Made by a program: the position numbers and the translations under genes
NCBI GenBank assembly: GCA_905618805.1
Contig: CAJQSZ010000019.1
Coordinates: 1,054-65,053, forward strand
Length of the DNA stretch: 64,000 nt
From: an uncultured Candidatus Pelagibacter sp.
GTDB taxonomy: Bacteria; Pseudomonadota; Alphaproteobacteria; Pelagibacterales; Pelagibacteraceae
Direction of reading: 5' to 3'
Shown: positions 53,103 to 62,978 of the stretch, piece by piece
Position numbering within the stretch: the stretch's first letter is position 1
How the letters are laid out: every line of letters begins with the position of its first letter
The notes under the pieces: model-generated
What the model was told of the DNA's origin: nothing
What the model saw: the letters and a program-made list of their open reading frames with translations, nothing else
The model's database searches: none

Positions 53103-53134
53103 AAAGGCCATCTTTTTAGGTGGCTTTTTTTTTT
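53103..53134 (+). terminator. Second intrinsic terminator
   Basis: GCCATCT-TTTT-AGGTGGC stem (one G-U pair) followed by ten T. Confidence 0.7.
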
Positions 53135-53158
53135 ATTAAGCTGTTATAAGATTAAGAT

Positions 53159-53272
53159 ATGTCAAAAAGATACAGTGGAAAATCATTTAAAGACTCAAGT
53201 ACTGCTAAGAAGCCAAAATTAAGCCTGAAAGAAAAAAGAAAAAATAAAAAAGAAAAGTCTAAAAAATCTTAG
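53159..53272 (+). CDS. Small 37-aa Lys-rich protein, absent from the ORF track
   Basis: MSKRYSGKSFKDSSTAKKPKLSLKEKRKNKKEKSKKS; TGTTATAAG extended -10-like element 8 nt upstream; stop overlaps the helicase stop. Confidence 0.55.
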   Translation: MSKRYSGKSFKDSSTAKKPKLSLKEKRKNKKEKSKKS

Positions 53273-55014
53273 ACTTTAGCTCTTTTTTGACTATGTTTTT
53301 TGAAGGTAAAACTTTTAGGTCTATCACTTCTACTTTTAAACTTCTTCTTTCCATCAAAACCAGGGCTTTTTTTCTCTTTACTAGTTGGTGAACTTTCAGA
53401 TGTTTTTTTTCCAAAGTATTTAGGGTTATTTGTGAAACCAGTTGGTTTCGAGTCGTCTTTTTTAGTGAAACTAGATTTTCCTTTGTAACCGAAACTTTTT
53501 TTCTCTCCATCTCTTGATGATGAACTTGATCTACCATAGCTAGATGGTTTTGATTTATCACCAAAACTAGATTTTCCTTTGTAACCGAAACTTTTTTTCT
53601 CTCCATCTCTTGATGATGAACTTGATCTACCATAGCTAGATGGTTTTGATTTATCACCAAAACTAGATTTTCCTTTGTAACCGAAACTTTTTTTCTCTCC
53701 ATCTCTTGATGATGAACTTGATCTACCATAGCTAGATGGTTTTGATTTATCACCAAAACTAGATTTTCCTTTGTAACCGAAACTTTTTTTCTCTCCATCT
53801 CTTGATGATGAACTTGATCTACCATAGCTAGATTTATTCTCATCTCTGAATTTTCTTTTTTTATTATATGGAGCTTTTCCTTTTTTGCCTCCTCTTGAAT
53901 CTCCTCGTGTTCCACGTGGTGCAGGTTTAAAGTTTGGATCAATTAATTTGCTTATTTCATTCCACATTGATCTATCATCAGGAGTTAAGAAAGTTAAAGC
54001 AGAACCTTCTGTGCCCGCTCTAGCAGTTCTTCCAATTCTGTGTACATAATCTTCTGGTACTTGTGGAAGGTCATAATTTATTACGTGTTGGATTAAAGGA
54101 ATATCCAATCCTCTTGCGGCAACATCAGTTGCAATTAATATTCTTTTAAGACCTTTTCTAAACGAGGTAATTACACGATCTCTTTTACTCTGACGAAGAT
54201 CTCCATGAATAGCATCAGCTGAATGACCTTCTTCTTTAAGGCGTTTAACCATTTTGTCAGCACCTCTTTTAGTCTTAACAAAAACTAAAATTGATCCTTT
54301 TCTTGCTATAAATTGATCTACCAACTCATCATATTTATTTTCTTTAAACACCTGAAGTGTTTCTTGTTTAATTTTTGCAATAGGCACTGATGTTGAGCCT
54401 GTAGAAATTCTTTGAGGTTTGTTTAAATATCTTTCAGAGATTCTAACAATATTTTGAGGTAAAGTTGCAGAAAATAATAAAGTTTGGTGATCTTTTGGTA
54501 CAAATTTTAAAATCATCTCTATTTGAGGAGTAAAGCCCATATCCAACATTCTATCAGTTTCATCTAATACTAAATATTTTGTAGCTGATAAATTTAAACT
54601 TTTTCTTTTTAAGTGGTCATTAATTCTTCCTGGTGTTCCAACAATTATTCTAGATCTATTGCCTAGTTGTCTAAGTTGTTTTTGCATTGCCTCTCCACCA
54701 ATAAGCAAAGCTGTTTTAATATTAATTTTATCACTAATAATGCTCTTAATTGCTGCCAATACTTGACTGGCTAACTCTCTTGTTGGACACATGACTAATG
54801 CAAATGCATTTTTATCTAATATCAATTTATTAATTAGAGGAATACTAAAAGCTAATGTTTTTCCAGTTCCAGTTTGTGCTGTTCCCAAGACATCTTTTCC
54901 CTCTAATGCTACCGGTATTGCCATAGCTTGAATTGGCGTTGGTTTCGTAAACTTCATTTTTTCCAATGAATTCTTTAACGAATCTTCTATTTTTAGTAAT
55001 TTAAAGTTTTCCAT
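53269..55014 (-). CDS. DEAD-box RNA helicase with repetitive basic C-terminal tail
   Basis: Q motif PTPIQ, AQTGTGKT, PTRELA, TPGR, DETD, SAT, ARGLD, HRIGRTAR. Confidence 0.95.
   Translation of the reverse strand: MENFKLLKIEDSLKNSLEKMKFTKPTPIQAMAIPVALEGKDVLGTAQTGTGKTLAFSIPLINKLILDKNAFALVMCPTRELASQVLAAIKSIISDKINIKTALLIGGEAMQKQLRQLGNRSRIIVGTPGRINDHLKRKSLNLSATKYLVLDETDRMLDMGFTPQIEMILKFVPKDHQTLLFSATLPQNIVRISERYLNKPQRISTGSTSVPIAKIKQETLQVFKENKYDELVDQFIARKGSILVFVKTKRGADKMVKRLKEEGHSADAIHGDLRQSKRDRVITSFRKGLKRILIATDVAARGLDIPLIQHVINYDLPQVPEDYVHRIGRTARAGTEGSALTFLTPDDRSMWNEISKLIDPNFKPAPRGTRGDSRGGKKGKAPYNKKRKFRDENKSSYGRSSSSSRDGEKKSFGYKGKSSFGDKSKPSSYGRSSSSSRDGEKKSFGYKGKSSFGDKSKPSSYGRSSSSSRDGEKKSFGYKGKSSFGDKSKPSSYGRSSSSSRDGEKKSFGYKGKSSFTKKDDSKPTGFTNNPKYFGKKTSESSPTSKEKKSPGFDGKKKFKSRSDRPKSFTFKKHSQKRAKV
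53468..53833. repeat. Perfect 96-bp tandem repeat, about 3.8 copies
   Basis: CTAGATTTTCCTTTGTAACC recurs at 53471, 53567, 53663, 53759; encodes SSYGRSSSSSRDGEKKSFGYKGKSSFGDKSKP. Confidence 0.97.
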
Positions 55015-55186
55015 TTAAGTATTTAGATTTTTCAATTTAAGGAGATATCTGCTTAATCCTTTAATACGTCTAATTTATAGGGGGATATCTATAGGTTTTT
55101 AAACTAATGACAAGAGCTGATTTTTTTTAAACATTAGCTTTTTTAAGTTTTCAAATAAGACATTTAATGTATAAGAACCACAAATT

Positions 55187-57013
55187 ATGGCTAATAATAT
55201 TAGAAACATCACTATTATCGCACACGTCGACCATGGTAAGACAACTATGATCGATACTCTTATGAAACAGAGTGGTTCATTTAGAGAAAATGAAGTTGTT
55301 GATGAAAGATTGATGGATTCTGGTGAGCTAGAAAAAGAAAGGGGAATTACTATTCTAGCCAAACCTGCTTCAATTAATTGGAAAGATTCAAGAATTAATA
55401 TTATTGATACACCTGGGCACAGAGATTTTGCTGCTGAAGTTGAGAGAGTTTTAAGTATGGCAGATGGAGCATTACTACTTATCGATTCTGCAGAAGGTGT
55501 TATGCCTCAAACAAAATTTGTTTTAGCAAAAGCTCTTAAACAAGGTTTAAGACCAATCGTCATAATTAATAAATTAGATAAAGCTGATCAAAGAGCTGAT
55601 GAAGTTTTAGACGAAACTTTTGATTTATTTGTAAGTTTAGATGCAAATGAAGAGCAGTTAGATTTCCCAGTTTTATATGCAAGTGGAAGATCTGGGTGGG
55701 CAAGCAAAGAAGTTGATGGGCCAAGAGAAAATCTTCATCCATTATTAGATCTAATTATAGAACATGTTAACCCTGCAGAACTTGATAAAAATAAACCTTT
55801 TGCGATGTTATCTACTCTACTATATGCGGATAGCTTTTTAGGTAGAAGTTTGGTTGGAAAGATATCTCAAGGAACTGCAAAGGCTAATCAACCTATTAAG
55901 GCAATAAATCTTAAAGGTGAAAAAGTTGATGAGGGCAGATTAACTAAAATTTTTAGATACGAAGGAACAAAAAAAGTTCCTATTGAGGTTGGAGAAGCTG
56001 GAGACATTGTTATAATTGCAGGTTTAGAAAAAGCTAACGTAGCAGATACTATTTGTGATCTAGAGGTAACTGAACCAATCCATGCAACACCCATAGATCC
56101 ACCTACAATGTCTATTACTATAAGTGTAAATAGTTCTCCTTTAGCTGGAACAGAAGGAAAAAAATTAACTAGCACACAAATTAGAGATAGATTGGTTACA
56201 GAAGCACAGAATAATGTTGGAATTAGTTTTTCACAAAATAATAATGTTGATGCATTTGTAATTAGTGGGCGTGGTGAATTGATGCTTGAGATCTTATTAA
56301 CACAAATGAGGCGTGAGGGTTTTGAGATGACAGTAAGCCCTCCAAAAGTTTTATACCAAAAAGATGAGAGTGGAAACAGAATGGAACCTATCGAAGAAAT
56401 TACCGTTGATTTAGATGAAGAATTTTCTTCAAAAATTATTGACTCAATGAATAGAAGAAAAGGTAAATTACTTGATCTTAAAGATACTGGAAAAGATAAA
56501 AAAAGACTAATCTTTCACGCACCAACTAGAGGTCTGATGGGTTACACGAGTAGATTTTTAACTTTAACAAAAGGTACTGGTGTAATTAACAGAATATTTC
56601 ATGGTTATGGAAAATTTGAAGGCGAAATGGATGGAAGAAAAAATGGCGCTTTAATTTCAATGGCTAATGGAAAAGCTGTAGCCTTTGCAATATTTAACCT
56701 ACAAGCAAGGGGAGAAATGTTTGTAACTCATAACGATCCTGTTTATGAAGGAATGATTGTTGGATTGGCTCCAAAACCAGGCGATATGATTATCAACGTT
56801 ATGAAAGGTAAACAATTAACAAACATGAGAACTCAAGGTACTGATGAAAACGTAGTTCTTACTCCAGTTAGACAAATGTCAATTGCAGAACAATTAAGTA
56901 TGCTAAATACTGATGAAGCTTTAGAAATTACTCCTAAGTCTCTTAGATTAAGAAAGGCTATTCTTAATCCTACTGATAGAAAAAAGAACGAAAAATCTGG
57001 AACACCCCTTTAA
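55187..57013 (+). CDS. typA: Translational GTPase TypA/BipA
   Basis: IAHVDHGKTT, ERGITI, DTPGH.DF, NKLD, GRGEL, RREGFE, VYEGMIVG. Confidence 0.97.
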   Translation: MANNIRNITIIAHVDHGKTTMIDTLMKQSGSFRENEVVDERLMDSGELEKERGITILAKPASINWKDSRINIIDTPGHRDFAAEVERVLSMADGALLLIDSAEGVMPQTKFVLAKALKQGLRPIVIINKLDKADQRADEVLDETFDLFVSLDANEEQLDFPVLYASGRSGWASKEVDGPRENLHPLLDLIIEHVNPAELDKNKPFAMLSTLLYADSFLGRSLVGKISQGTAKANQPIKAINLKGEKVDEGRLTKIFRYEGTKKVPIEVGEAGDIVIIAGLEKANVADTICDLEVTEPIHATPIDPPTMSITISVNSSPLAGTEGKKLTSTQIRDRLVTEAQNNVGISFSQNNNVDAFVISGRGELMLEILLTQMRREGFEMTVSPPKVLYQKDESGNRMEPIEEITVDLDEEFSSKIIDSMNRRKGKLLDLKDTGKDKKRLIFHAPTRGLMGYTSRFLTLTKGTGVINRIFHGYGKFEGEMDGRKNGALISMANGKAVAFAIFNLQARGEMFVTHNDPVYEGMIVGLAPKPGDMIINVMKGKQLTNMRTQGTDENVVLTPVRQMSIAEQLSMLNTDEALEITPKSLRLRKAILNPTDRKKNEKSGTPL

Positions 57014-57657
57014 TTAAAAAATTTTCTAACAATAAACAGTCCAAAAGCAACTGCTGGGCCAATTCCCAAAGCAAACAATAGCGTCCCTATTCCAACTGTT
57101 CCACCTAAATACCACCCAATAGACATTACGGTAATTTCTAAAGAAGCTCTAACAGCCGCTATAGGTAAGTTTGTTTTTTTTTGTATTCCTATCATTAGTC
57201 CGTCCCTTGGTCCGGGCCCTAAATTTGCAACCAGGTATATACCACCACCTAATCCAACTATAAATACAGCTATGATGGCTAACAATAATTGGGTAATATA
57301 ATTTTCTGGTGTTGGCACAAACTTGATACAGAAATCTATCATCAGACCAATAATTAATGCATTTAAGATTGTTCCAATTCCAGGTTTTTGATTTAACGGA
57401 AGCCAAAAAAGTAAGACAACTATACTTATTAGTATAGTTATTATTCCAACAGAAAGATTAATGTTTAAATGAATGCCTTGTGCAAGAACACTCCATGGTG
57501 AAGCTCCTGCTGCTGAAACAATTAACAATCCCTCACCTAATCCAAATACAATTAAACCAAAGCATAAAAAAAAAGATGTTGAAATTTTTGGTTTCAGATT
57601 AAAAGGTTTATCTGAACTCCATGAAACTTTAGGTACATTTTTTATAGACAAAAACAT
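57010..57657 (-). CDS. YczE/YitT family membrane protein
   Basis: G.SPW.VL..G, PG.GT..NA, LGPGPRDGLM, LGGTVG.GT. Confidence 0.85.
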   Translation of the reverse strand: MFLSIKNVPKVSWSSDKPFNLKPKISTSFFLCFGLIVFGLGEGLLIVSAAGASPWSVLAQGIHLNINLSVGIITILISIVVLLFWLPLNQKPGIGTILNALIIGLMIDFCIKFVPTPENYITQLLLAIIAVFIVGLGGGIYLVANLGPGPRDGLMIGIQKKTNLPIAAVRASLEITVMSIGWYLGGTVGIGTLLFALGIGPAVAFGLFIVRKFFN

Positions 57658-57715
57658 ACCTTAAGTAATTATACACTTTAACAATAAAAGAAAGTCTATT
57701 ATTCTTATTGTTACT

Positions 57716-58399
57716 ATGAAAAAAATTTTTATAAATATTATCTTATTTCTTTTTTTTTCTACAAATTTAAATGCTCATATTTCTCATTATAAAAATTTTA
57801 AGAAAATTGAGATGGAAATTTTTAGAAACAATGAATTGATTGGATATAATTATTATTTTTTTAAAACTAAAAATGATGAGGTTCGAGTAACCAATCAAAT
57901 CAAAATTACTGTAAAATTATTGGGTGCCACTATATTTGATATTGAGGGCTACGGAGAAGAAAAATATAAAAATGATAAACTAATTTCTTTTCACTCTAAA
58001 ACAAAACAAAATAAAAAAGAAAAATTTGTAAATCTTGAGTTAAATACCTTAAAAAATAAATTTATAATTAAAGGATCTTCATATTCAGGTGAGGCAAGTA
58101 AAGATAATATTATAGGGAACTGGTGGAATCACAAATTACTACAGGCAGAAAGTCAAATTAGTCCTGTCTCAGGCAGTATTAAAGAGCAAGTTTTAACATT
58201 TATTGCAAAAGAAAAAGTTGAGCTTTATGGAAAAAGTTATGAAGCTGAGCACTTTAAACTTAAATCCAAAAACCAAAACCTTCCTGATGATAAAAAGTTA
58301 AATTTTGACATTTGGCTTGATAAAAATACAGGTCTAATTATTAAAGTAAAGTATTCAAGAATGGGTGAATGGGAATATAGATTGAAAAGTTTTGAATAA
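57716..58399 (+). CDS. Exported hypothetical protein (DUF6134/DUF3108-like beta-rich)
   Basis: Signal peptide, RN...IG, WWN, beta-strand-rich pattern. Confidence 0.55.
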   Translation: MKKIFINIILFLFFSTNLNAHISHYKNFKKIEMEIFRNNELIGYNYYFFKTKNDEVRVTNQIKITVKLLGATIFDIEGYGEEKYKNDKLISFHSKTKQNKKEKFVNLELNTLKNKFIIKGSSYSGEASKDNIIGNWWNHKLLQAESQISPVSGSIKEQVLTFIAKEKVELYGKSYEAEHFKLKSKNQNLPDDKKLNFDIWLDKNTGLIIKVKYSRMGEWEYRLKSFE

Positions 58400-58403
58400 A
58401 AAT

Positions 58404-59375
58404 TTACTTCTTAATTTTTAAAGATAGATCTTTAGCACTCAACCAACCAGACTCAAGCCTTGGACCTACGAACCAATCAGCACAAGCTCCAAGCCTAATG
58501 GAACTATTCCAGTAACTTTTAATTTTTAATGCTTTAGAATTTGATGAATATTTCCATCCATGATTCTTAATATGAAAAATTTTATTTTTTTCAAAATTTG
58601 TAAGCTCAAAAAATTTGTTAATTAATATTTTAGCGTTATCTATTTTATTGATTTTATTTTTATTTATTAACTTATTTGCCCATTTATAAGTACTCTGTAA
58701 CGTCCATAAATCATAATCGCTTTTAAATCTTTTTTTACTATTTTCATATGCAGCCCACCCAAGAATTGGATCAGAGAAAAAATAACTACTAATCTTTGGT
58801 CTTACTTTTTTGGTTACTATCATGACCGTGATATTTGCATCCATCTTAACTTTTTTATTAATAAACGAATGTTTGATATATTTTTTTGAGAGTCTTTTTA
58901 ATTGAGGAAATGGACAGGTTAATATCAAAGATTTATAAAATTTTTTAGTACCATCAGAAAAATCTAGCTCCCAAACCTTATCTTTATTTTTAATTTTTGT
59001 AAGCTCAGTATTAAAAATGCAGTTAATATCTTTTAATAGATATTTACTGATAGAATTATTTCCTTTGTTTCCAATTATTTTAATATGCTTTTTATCTTCC
59101 TTCTTATCTTTATTTAAAAATACATGTTTCCCGGGCCATTTTTTTACTATCTTTTTTGCAATAAGATTATTAATAAATCTTTTAAATTGGCTATTTTTTG
59201 GAGAAATATACTGAACACCATGATCAAAACTTTCATTCTTGTTAAACTTCTTATTGGATGATCTTCCTCCAGCACCTCTTGCCTTATCATAGACATCTAA
59301 TGAGTATTTTTTACTAAGAGTGTGGGCGATTGTAGATCCTGAAATACCTGACCCAATAATGCAGAAGTCCTTCAT
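58404..59375 (-). CDS. FAD/NAD(P)-dependent oxidoreductase (renalase-like)
   Basis: IIGSGISG, DKARG.GGR, FDHGVQY, H.W.Y, CADW..GPR.E..W.S. Confidence 0.85.
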   Translation of the reverse strand: MKDFCIIGSGISGSTIAHTLSKKYSLDVYDKARGAGGRSSNKKFNKNESFDHGVQYISPKNSQFKRFINNLIAKKIVKKWPGKHVFLNKDKKEDKKHIKIIGNKGNNSISKYLLKDINCIFNTELTKIKNKDKVWELDFSDGTKKFYKSLILTCPFPQLKRLSKKYIKHSFINKKVKMDANITVMIVTKKVRPKISSYFFSDPILGWAAYENSKKRFKSDYDLWTLQSTYKWANKLINKNKINKIDNAKILINKFFELTNFEKNKIFHIKNHGWKYSSNSKALKIKSYWNSSIRLGACADWFVGPRLESGWLSAKDLSLKIKK

Positions 59376-60691
59376 TTTCCCGCAACAACCATACCTTCTA
59401 TTAACATAGTTGGAGCATTGGTGGAGTATTTAAACTCAAGATCATCTGCTAAAGTTATATTTTTAAACATGTCATTAAAATTTCCAGCTATAGTAATTTC
59501 ACTAACAGGGTATTTAAATACTCCATTTTCCACCATGAACCCTGTTGCACCTACAGAGTAGTCTCCGGTAACTAAATTACTTCCATGACCAATTGTTTCA
59601 GTAATATATAATGTTTTTTGGTTTAACTTTAAAAGATTTTTGTACGAGATTGATCCTTTTTCAAAATATAAATTACTTGTTCCTCCACTTCTGCCATTTG
59701 ATTTTAGATTCAATTTTTTTCCATAATAAGTATCAACCAGATAATGCTTTAAAACACCCTGATCCACTAATTTTAATTCCTTGGTTTTAACTCCCTCACT
59801 ATCAAAATACTTAGAGCCTAATCCTTTAACTATATCAGGCTTGTCATAAATATTTATTGAGCTTGAAAATATTTCTTCATTTATTTTATCTTTTAAAAAT
59901 GAGGTTCCTCTTGCTATAGAAGAGGCCGATATTGCGCTTGCTAAGACACTTAACATTCCCTTTGAAATTCTTCTATCGAAAATAATGCTTATTTTTTCAC
60001 TTTCTATTTTTTGGGGATTTAATTTTTGAATTGTTTTTTTAGCAGCCAATGATCCAATTTGATTTGGTCTAAGCATATCATGTAAGTGGCAGGTGCTTGT
60101 AAATTCATAATCTCTCTCCATATTATTATTGGCATTTTTTGCAACAGCAACACAAGATGATGAGAATGATGAAGACTTATACCCATTTAAAAAACCATCA
60201 CTGCTTGCTAATATAAAGTTAGATTTAGACTCTGAAAAACTAGTTTCTGTATTAATAATTTCTTTCTTTTCAAGTGCTGCTTCCTCAGCTTCTTTTAAAT
60301 ATTCAATTTTTTCATTATTCTCTATATGATCATCATCATATAAGTTTAAATCGTTAATTTTTGTTGCAAGCAAATCTTTATCTGGCAAAGAATTAAACTC
60401 ATCCTCTGGTGTAATCTTTGTTGTTTCAATACATCTCTCTATTAAGGTTCTAATATTATCTTCATTGAGATTTGATGATGTAATACCAGATTTCTTTTTA
60501 CCAATATAAGTTTCTAATCCAACTCCCAAACTATCTGATCTGTCAGACTCATCTAATTTTCTATTTCTAAAATTAACTGTTTCAGAAATTGAGTGCCCTA
60601 CTACTGCTGTCGCATCTGTTGCACCTAATTTTTTTGCTAAATCTATACAAAAAGATGCTGTTTTTTTTAAATAATCTTGATCTTTAACCAT
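59372..60691 (-). CDS. pmbA: TldE/PmbA family protein
   Basis: SFL, FD.EG, N.VTGDYSVGA.G, PVSEITIAGN; lacks HEXXH; follows tldD. Confidence 0.92.
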   Translation of the reverse strand: MVKDQDYLKKTASFCIDLAKKLGATDATAVVGHSISETVNFRNRKLDESDRSDSLGVGLETYIGKKKSGITSSNLNEDNIRTLIERCIETTKITPEDEFNSLPDKDLLATKINDLNLYDDDHIENNEKIEYLKEAEEAALEKKEIINTETSFSESKSNFILASSDGFLNGYKSSSFSSSCVAVAKNANNNMERDYEFTSTCHLHDMLRPNQIGSLAAKKTIQKLNPQKIESEKISIIFDRRISKGMLSVLASAISASSIARGTSFLKDKINEEIFSSSINIYDKPDIVKGLGSKYFDSEGVKTKELKLVDQGVLKHYLVDTYYGKKLNLKSNGRSGGTSNLYFEKGSISYKNLLKLNQKTLYITETIGHGSNLVTGDYSVGATGFMVENGVFKYPVSEITIAGNFNDMFKNITLADDLEFKYSTNAPTMLIEGMVVAGK

Positions 60692-60696
60692 GTGAT

Positions 60697-62109
60697 TTAT
60701 AATTGAGTTCCACCAACTGTCATTTTATCAATCAAGATTGAAGGTTGAGCGACTCCAACTGGCACACCCTGTCCTGCTTTTCCACAAGTTCCAATACCTG
60801 GATCAAGCATCATATTATTTCCAACTAATGAGACTTCTTTTAAGATTGATGGACCATCACCAATTAATGTTGCACCTTTGATTGGAGCACCTATTTTACC
60901 ATTTATGATTTCATAAGCCTCTGTACAATTAAATACGAATTTACCCGATGTAATATCTACCTGACCACCACCAAAACTTACTGCAAATATCCCTTTATCA
61001 ACTGATTTAATCATTTCTTCTTGAGTATATTTTCCATTCAACATCATGGTGTTTCTCATTCTAGGAAGAACTACATGCTTGTAACTTTCTCTTCTGCCAC
61101 TTCCTGTAGATCTAGTATTCATCAATCTTGCGTTCAAACGATCTTGCATAAAATTTTTTAATATCCCATTTTCAATTAAGACTGTTTTTTCTGTAGGAGT
61201 TCCTTCATCATCAATTGTTAGGCTTCCTCTTCTATTATGTAAAGTTCCATCATCAACAATTGTAACTCCTTCACTTGCAACTCTCTGACCCATTAAATTA
61301 TGAAATGCAGAGGTTTTTTTTCTATTAAAATCTCCTTCTAAACCATGACCTATCGCTTCATGGATAAGTATTGCAGGCCATCCTGGGCCTAAAACTACTT
61401 TCATTTCACCAGCTGGTGCAGGTTTACTTTCTAAATTTACTGAAGCAATTCTAAATGCTTCATCACATACTTTTTTCCAATTATCATCCTTTAGGTACTC
61501 GTCATATGACTGTCTTCCACCAATTCCATACACTCCTGTTTCTTTTTTGCCATTTTTTTCAAGCATCACCGAAACATTAAAGCGGATTAAAGGTCTAACG
61601 TCTGTTAATACTTCACCGCCCGATCTAATTATTTCTATAGATTTATGCTCTCCAGAAAAACTTGCTGTTACTTGTTGAACTATGCCACCTTTTGCTCTTG
61701 TATAATTATTAACTTCTTTTAAAAGTTCTAATTTTGATTGAAGTGATTTTTCTTCTATTGGGTTAATATTTTTATAAAATTTTTCATTTGTCTTGGGTAT
61801 CTCATGATTATAGACACCTTTTTGTGATTTCAAAGTTGAGCTTAAATTGTTAGCTGATTGCTTTAAAGAATCTTTTGAAATTTCATTAGAATGAGAATAT
61901 GCAACAACCTCTCCAGTAACAGCCCTTAAACCATAACCTAAATCAGAACTGTAAGTAGAGCTTTTGATTTTATCATCATCTAACACAATTGACTCGCTCT
62001 TTGAATTCTCTAAATAGAGCTCACCATCATCACAGTTATTTAGTGTTTCAGAAATAATTTTTTCTGCATCATTTCTTGATAAGTCTGTTTTGTTAAAAAA
62101 ATCAGTCAT
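60697..62109 (-). CDS. tldD: Metalloprotease TldD
   Basis: GPGWP.IL.HEAIGHGLEGDFNRK, DDEG, PRMRNT, CGK.GQ.VPV. Confidence 0.96.
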   Translation of the reverse strand: MTDFFNKTDLSRNDAEKIISETLNNCDDGELYLENSKSESIVLDDDKIKSSTYSSDLGYGLRAVTGEVVAYSHSNEISKDSLKQSANNLSSTLKSQKGVYNHEIPKTNEKFYKNINPIEEKSLQSKLELLKEVNNYTRAKGGIVQQVTASFSGEHKSIEIIRSGGEVLTDVRPLIRFNVSVMLEKNGKKETGVYGIGGRQSYDEYLKDDNWKKVCDEAFRIASVNLESKPAPAGEMKVVLGPGWPAILIHEAIGHGLEGDFNRKKTSAFHNLMGQRVASEGVTIVDDGTLHNRRGSLTIDDEGTPTEKTVLIENGILKNFMQDRLNARLMNTRSTGSGRRESYKHVVLPRMRNTMMLNGKYTQEEMIKSVDKGIFAVSFGGGQVDITSGKFVFNCTEAYEIINGKIGAPIKGATLIGDGPSILKEVSLVGNNMMLDPGIGTCGKAGQGVPVGVAQPSILIDKMTVGGTQL

Positions 62110-62218
62110 ACTAACCAAATAGTACTTATAATTATTTTTTCAATTGGTGTATTTCGCACATATACAAAGTAGCTAATTCTATGTAATTTTACTAATTAAT
62201 AAATAAAGGATAATAAAA

Positions 62219-62581
62219 ATGAAAAAATTTGATGAATTAATGAAGGTTTCCAATGAAATTACGAATATCTCTGTAGACGAAGCTAAAGAGAAATTAAATG
62301 ATCCAAACGTTCAATTTATAGATGTCAGAGATAAAAGTAGTTTTTGTACAGAAACAATAGGTAATGCAGTTAATTTAGAAAGAGGCTTACTGGAATTTTA
62401 TTTAGCAGACGGTAGTCCTTTAGAAAATGAAATGTTTAAAAATAATCCAGATAAAGAATATGTGGTATTTTGTGGACTTGGCGGTCAAAGTACTCTTGCA
62501 ACAAAAACAATGCAATATATGGGAATAAAAAATGTAAAAAACATGACGGGTGGAATGACTGCCTGGAAAGAAAAAAAATAA
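62219..62581 (+). CDS. Rhodanese-like domain protein
   Basis: IDVRD, RGLLEF, VFCGLGGQS, GGM.AW. Confidence 0.9.
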   Translation: MKKFDELMKVSNEITNISVDEAKEKLNDPNVQFIDVRDKSSFCTETIGNAVNLERGLLEFYLADGSPLENEMFKNNPDKEYVVFCGLGGQSTLATKTMQYMGIKNVKNMTGGMTAWKEKK

Positions 62582-62584
62582 ACT

Positions 62585-62932
62585 GTGAAGGTCTATTTTA
62601 ATAATTCATGTAATATTTGTCGAGCAGAAATAAATTTATATAAAAAACAAAATATTGAAGGCATAGAGTGGATTGATATTACAGATAATAAAACTGCTGA
62701 AATAGAAACTCAAAAAAATGATAAAGATCTTTTGAGAAGACTACATATTAAAGATGGAGAAAAGGTAATTGATGGTGCAGAAGCTTTTTTATTAGTTTGG
62801 AAAAAAATTCCTAAATATAGATTTCTCTATAAATTTTTTAAAACACCAATAATTTTTAACCTTTTTTCTTTTTTTTATGAAATTGCTGCTTTTTTCCTAT
62901 ATCATAAAAATAAGGGACAACTTTTAAAATAA
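62585..62932 (+). CDS. DUF393/DCC family thiol-disulfide oxidoreductase
   Basis: VYFN.SCNIC..EI, RLH, G..AF...W; GTG start. Confidence 0.85.
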   Translation: MKVYFNNSCNICRAEINLYKKQNIEGIEWIDITDNKTAEIETQKNDKDLLRRLHIKDGEKVIDGAEAFLLVWKKIPKYRFLYKFFKTPIIFNLFSFFYEIAAFFLYHKNKGQLLK

Positions 62933-62978
62933 AATTTTCACTATTGAGTAGTGATATTTATTAATCTATATTTTCTAA

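Noticed and set aside
53468-53833. Possible CRISPR array
   Set aside because: Units are identical head-to-tail with no unique spacers, lie in frame within a CDS, and no cas genes are present
53259-53942. 227-aa repetitive ORF in an alternative minus frame
   Set aside because: Shadow of the helicase tail repeat; a 96-bp unit without stops keeps a second frame open
58432-58440. TTAGCACTC, a CIRCE half-site
   Set aside because: Inside a CDS with no matching second half; no CIRCE seen upstream of groES either
59372-62932. TldD/PmbA with rhodanese and DCC protein as a peptide-maturation (RiPP) cluster
   Set aside because: No precursor peptide or modifying enzymes; these are common housekeeping genes
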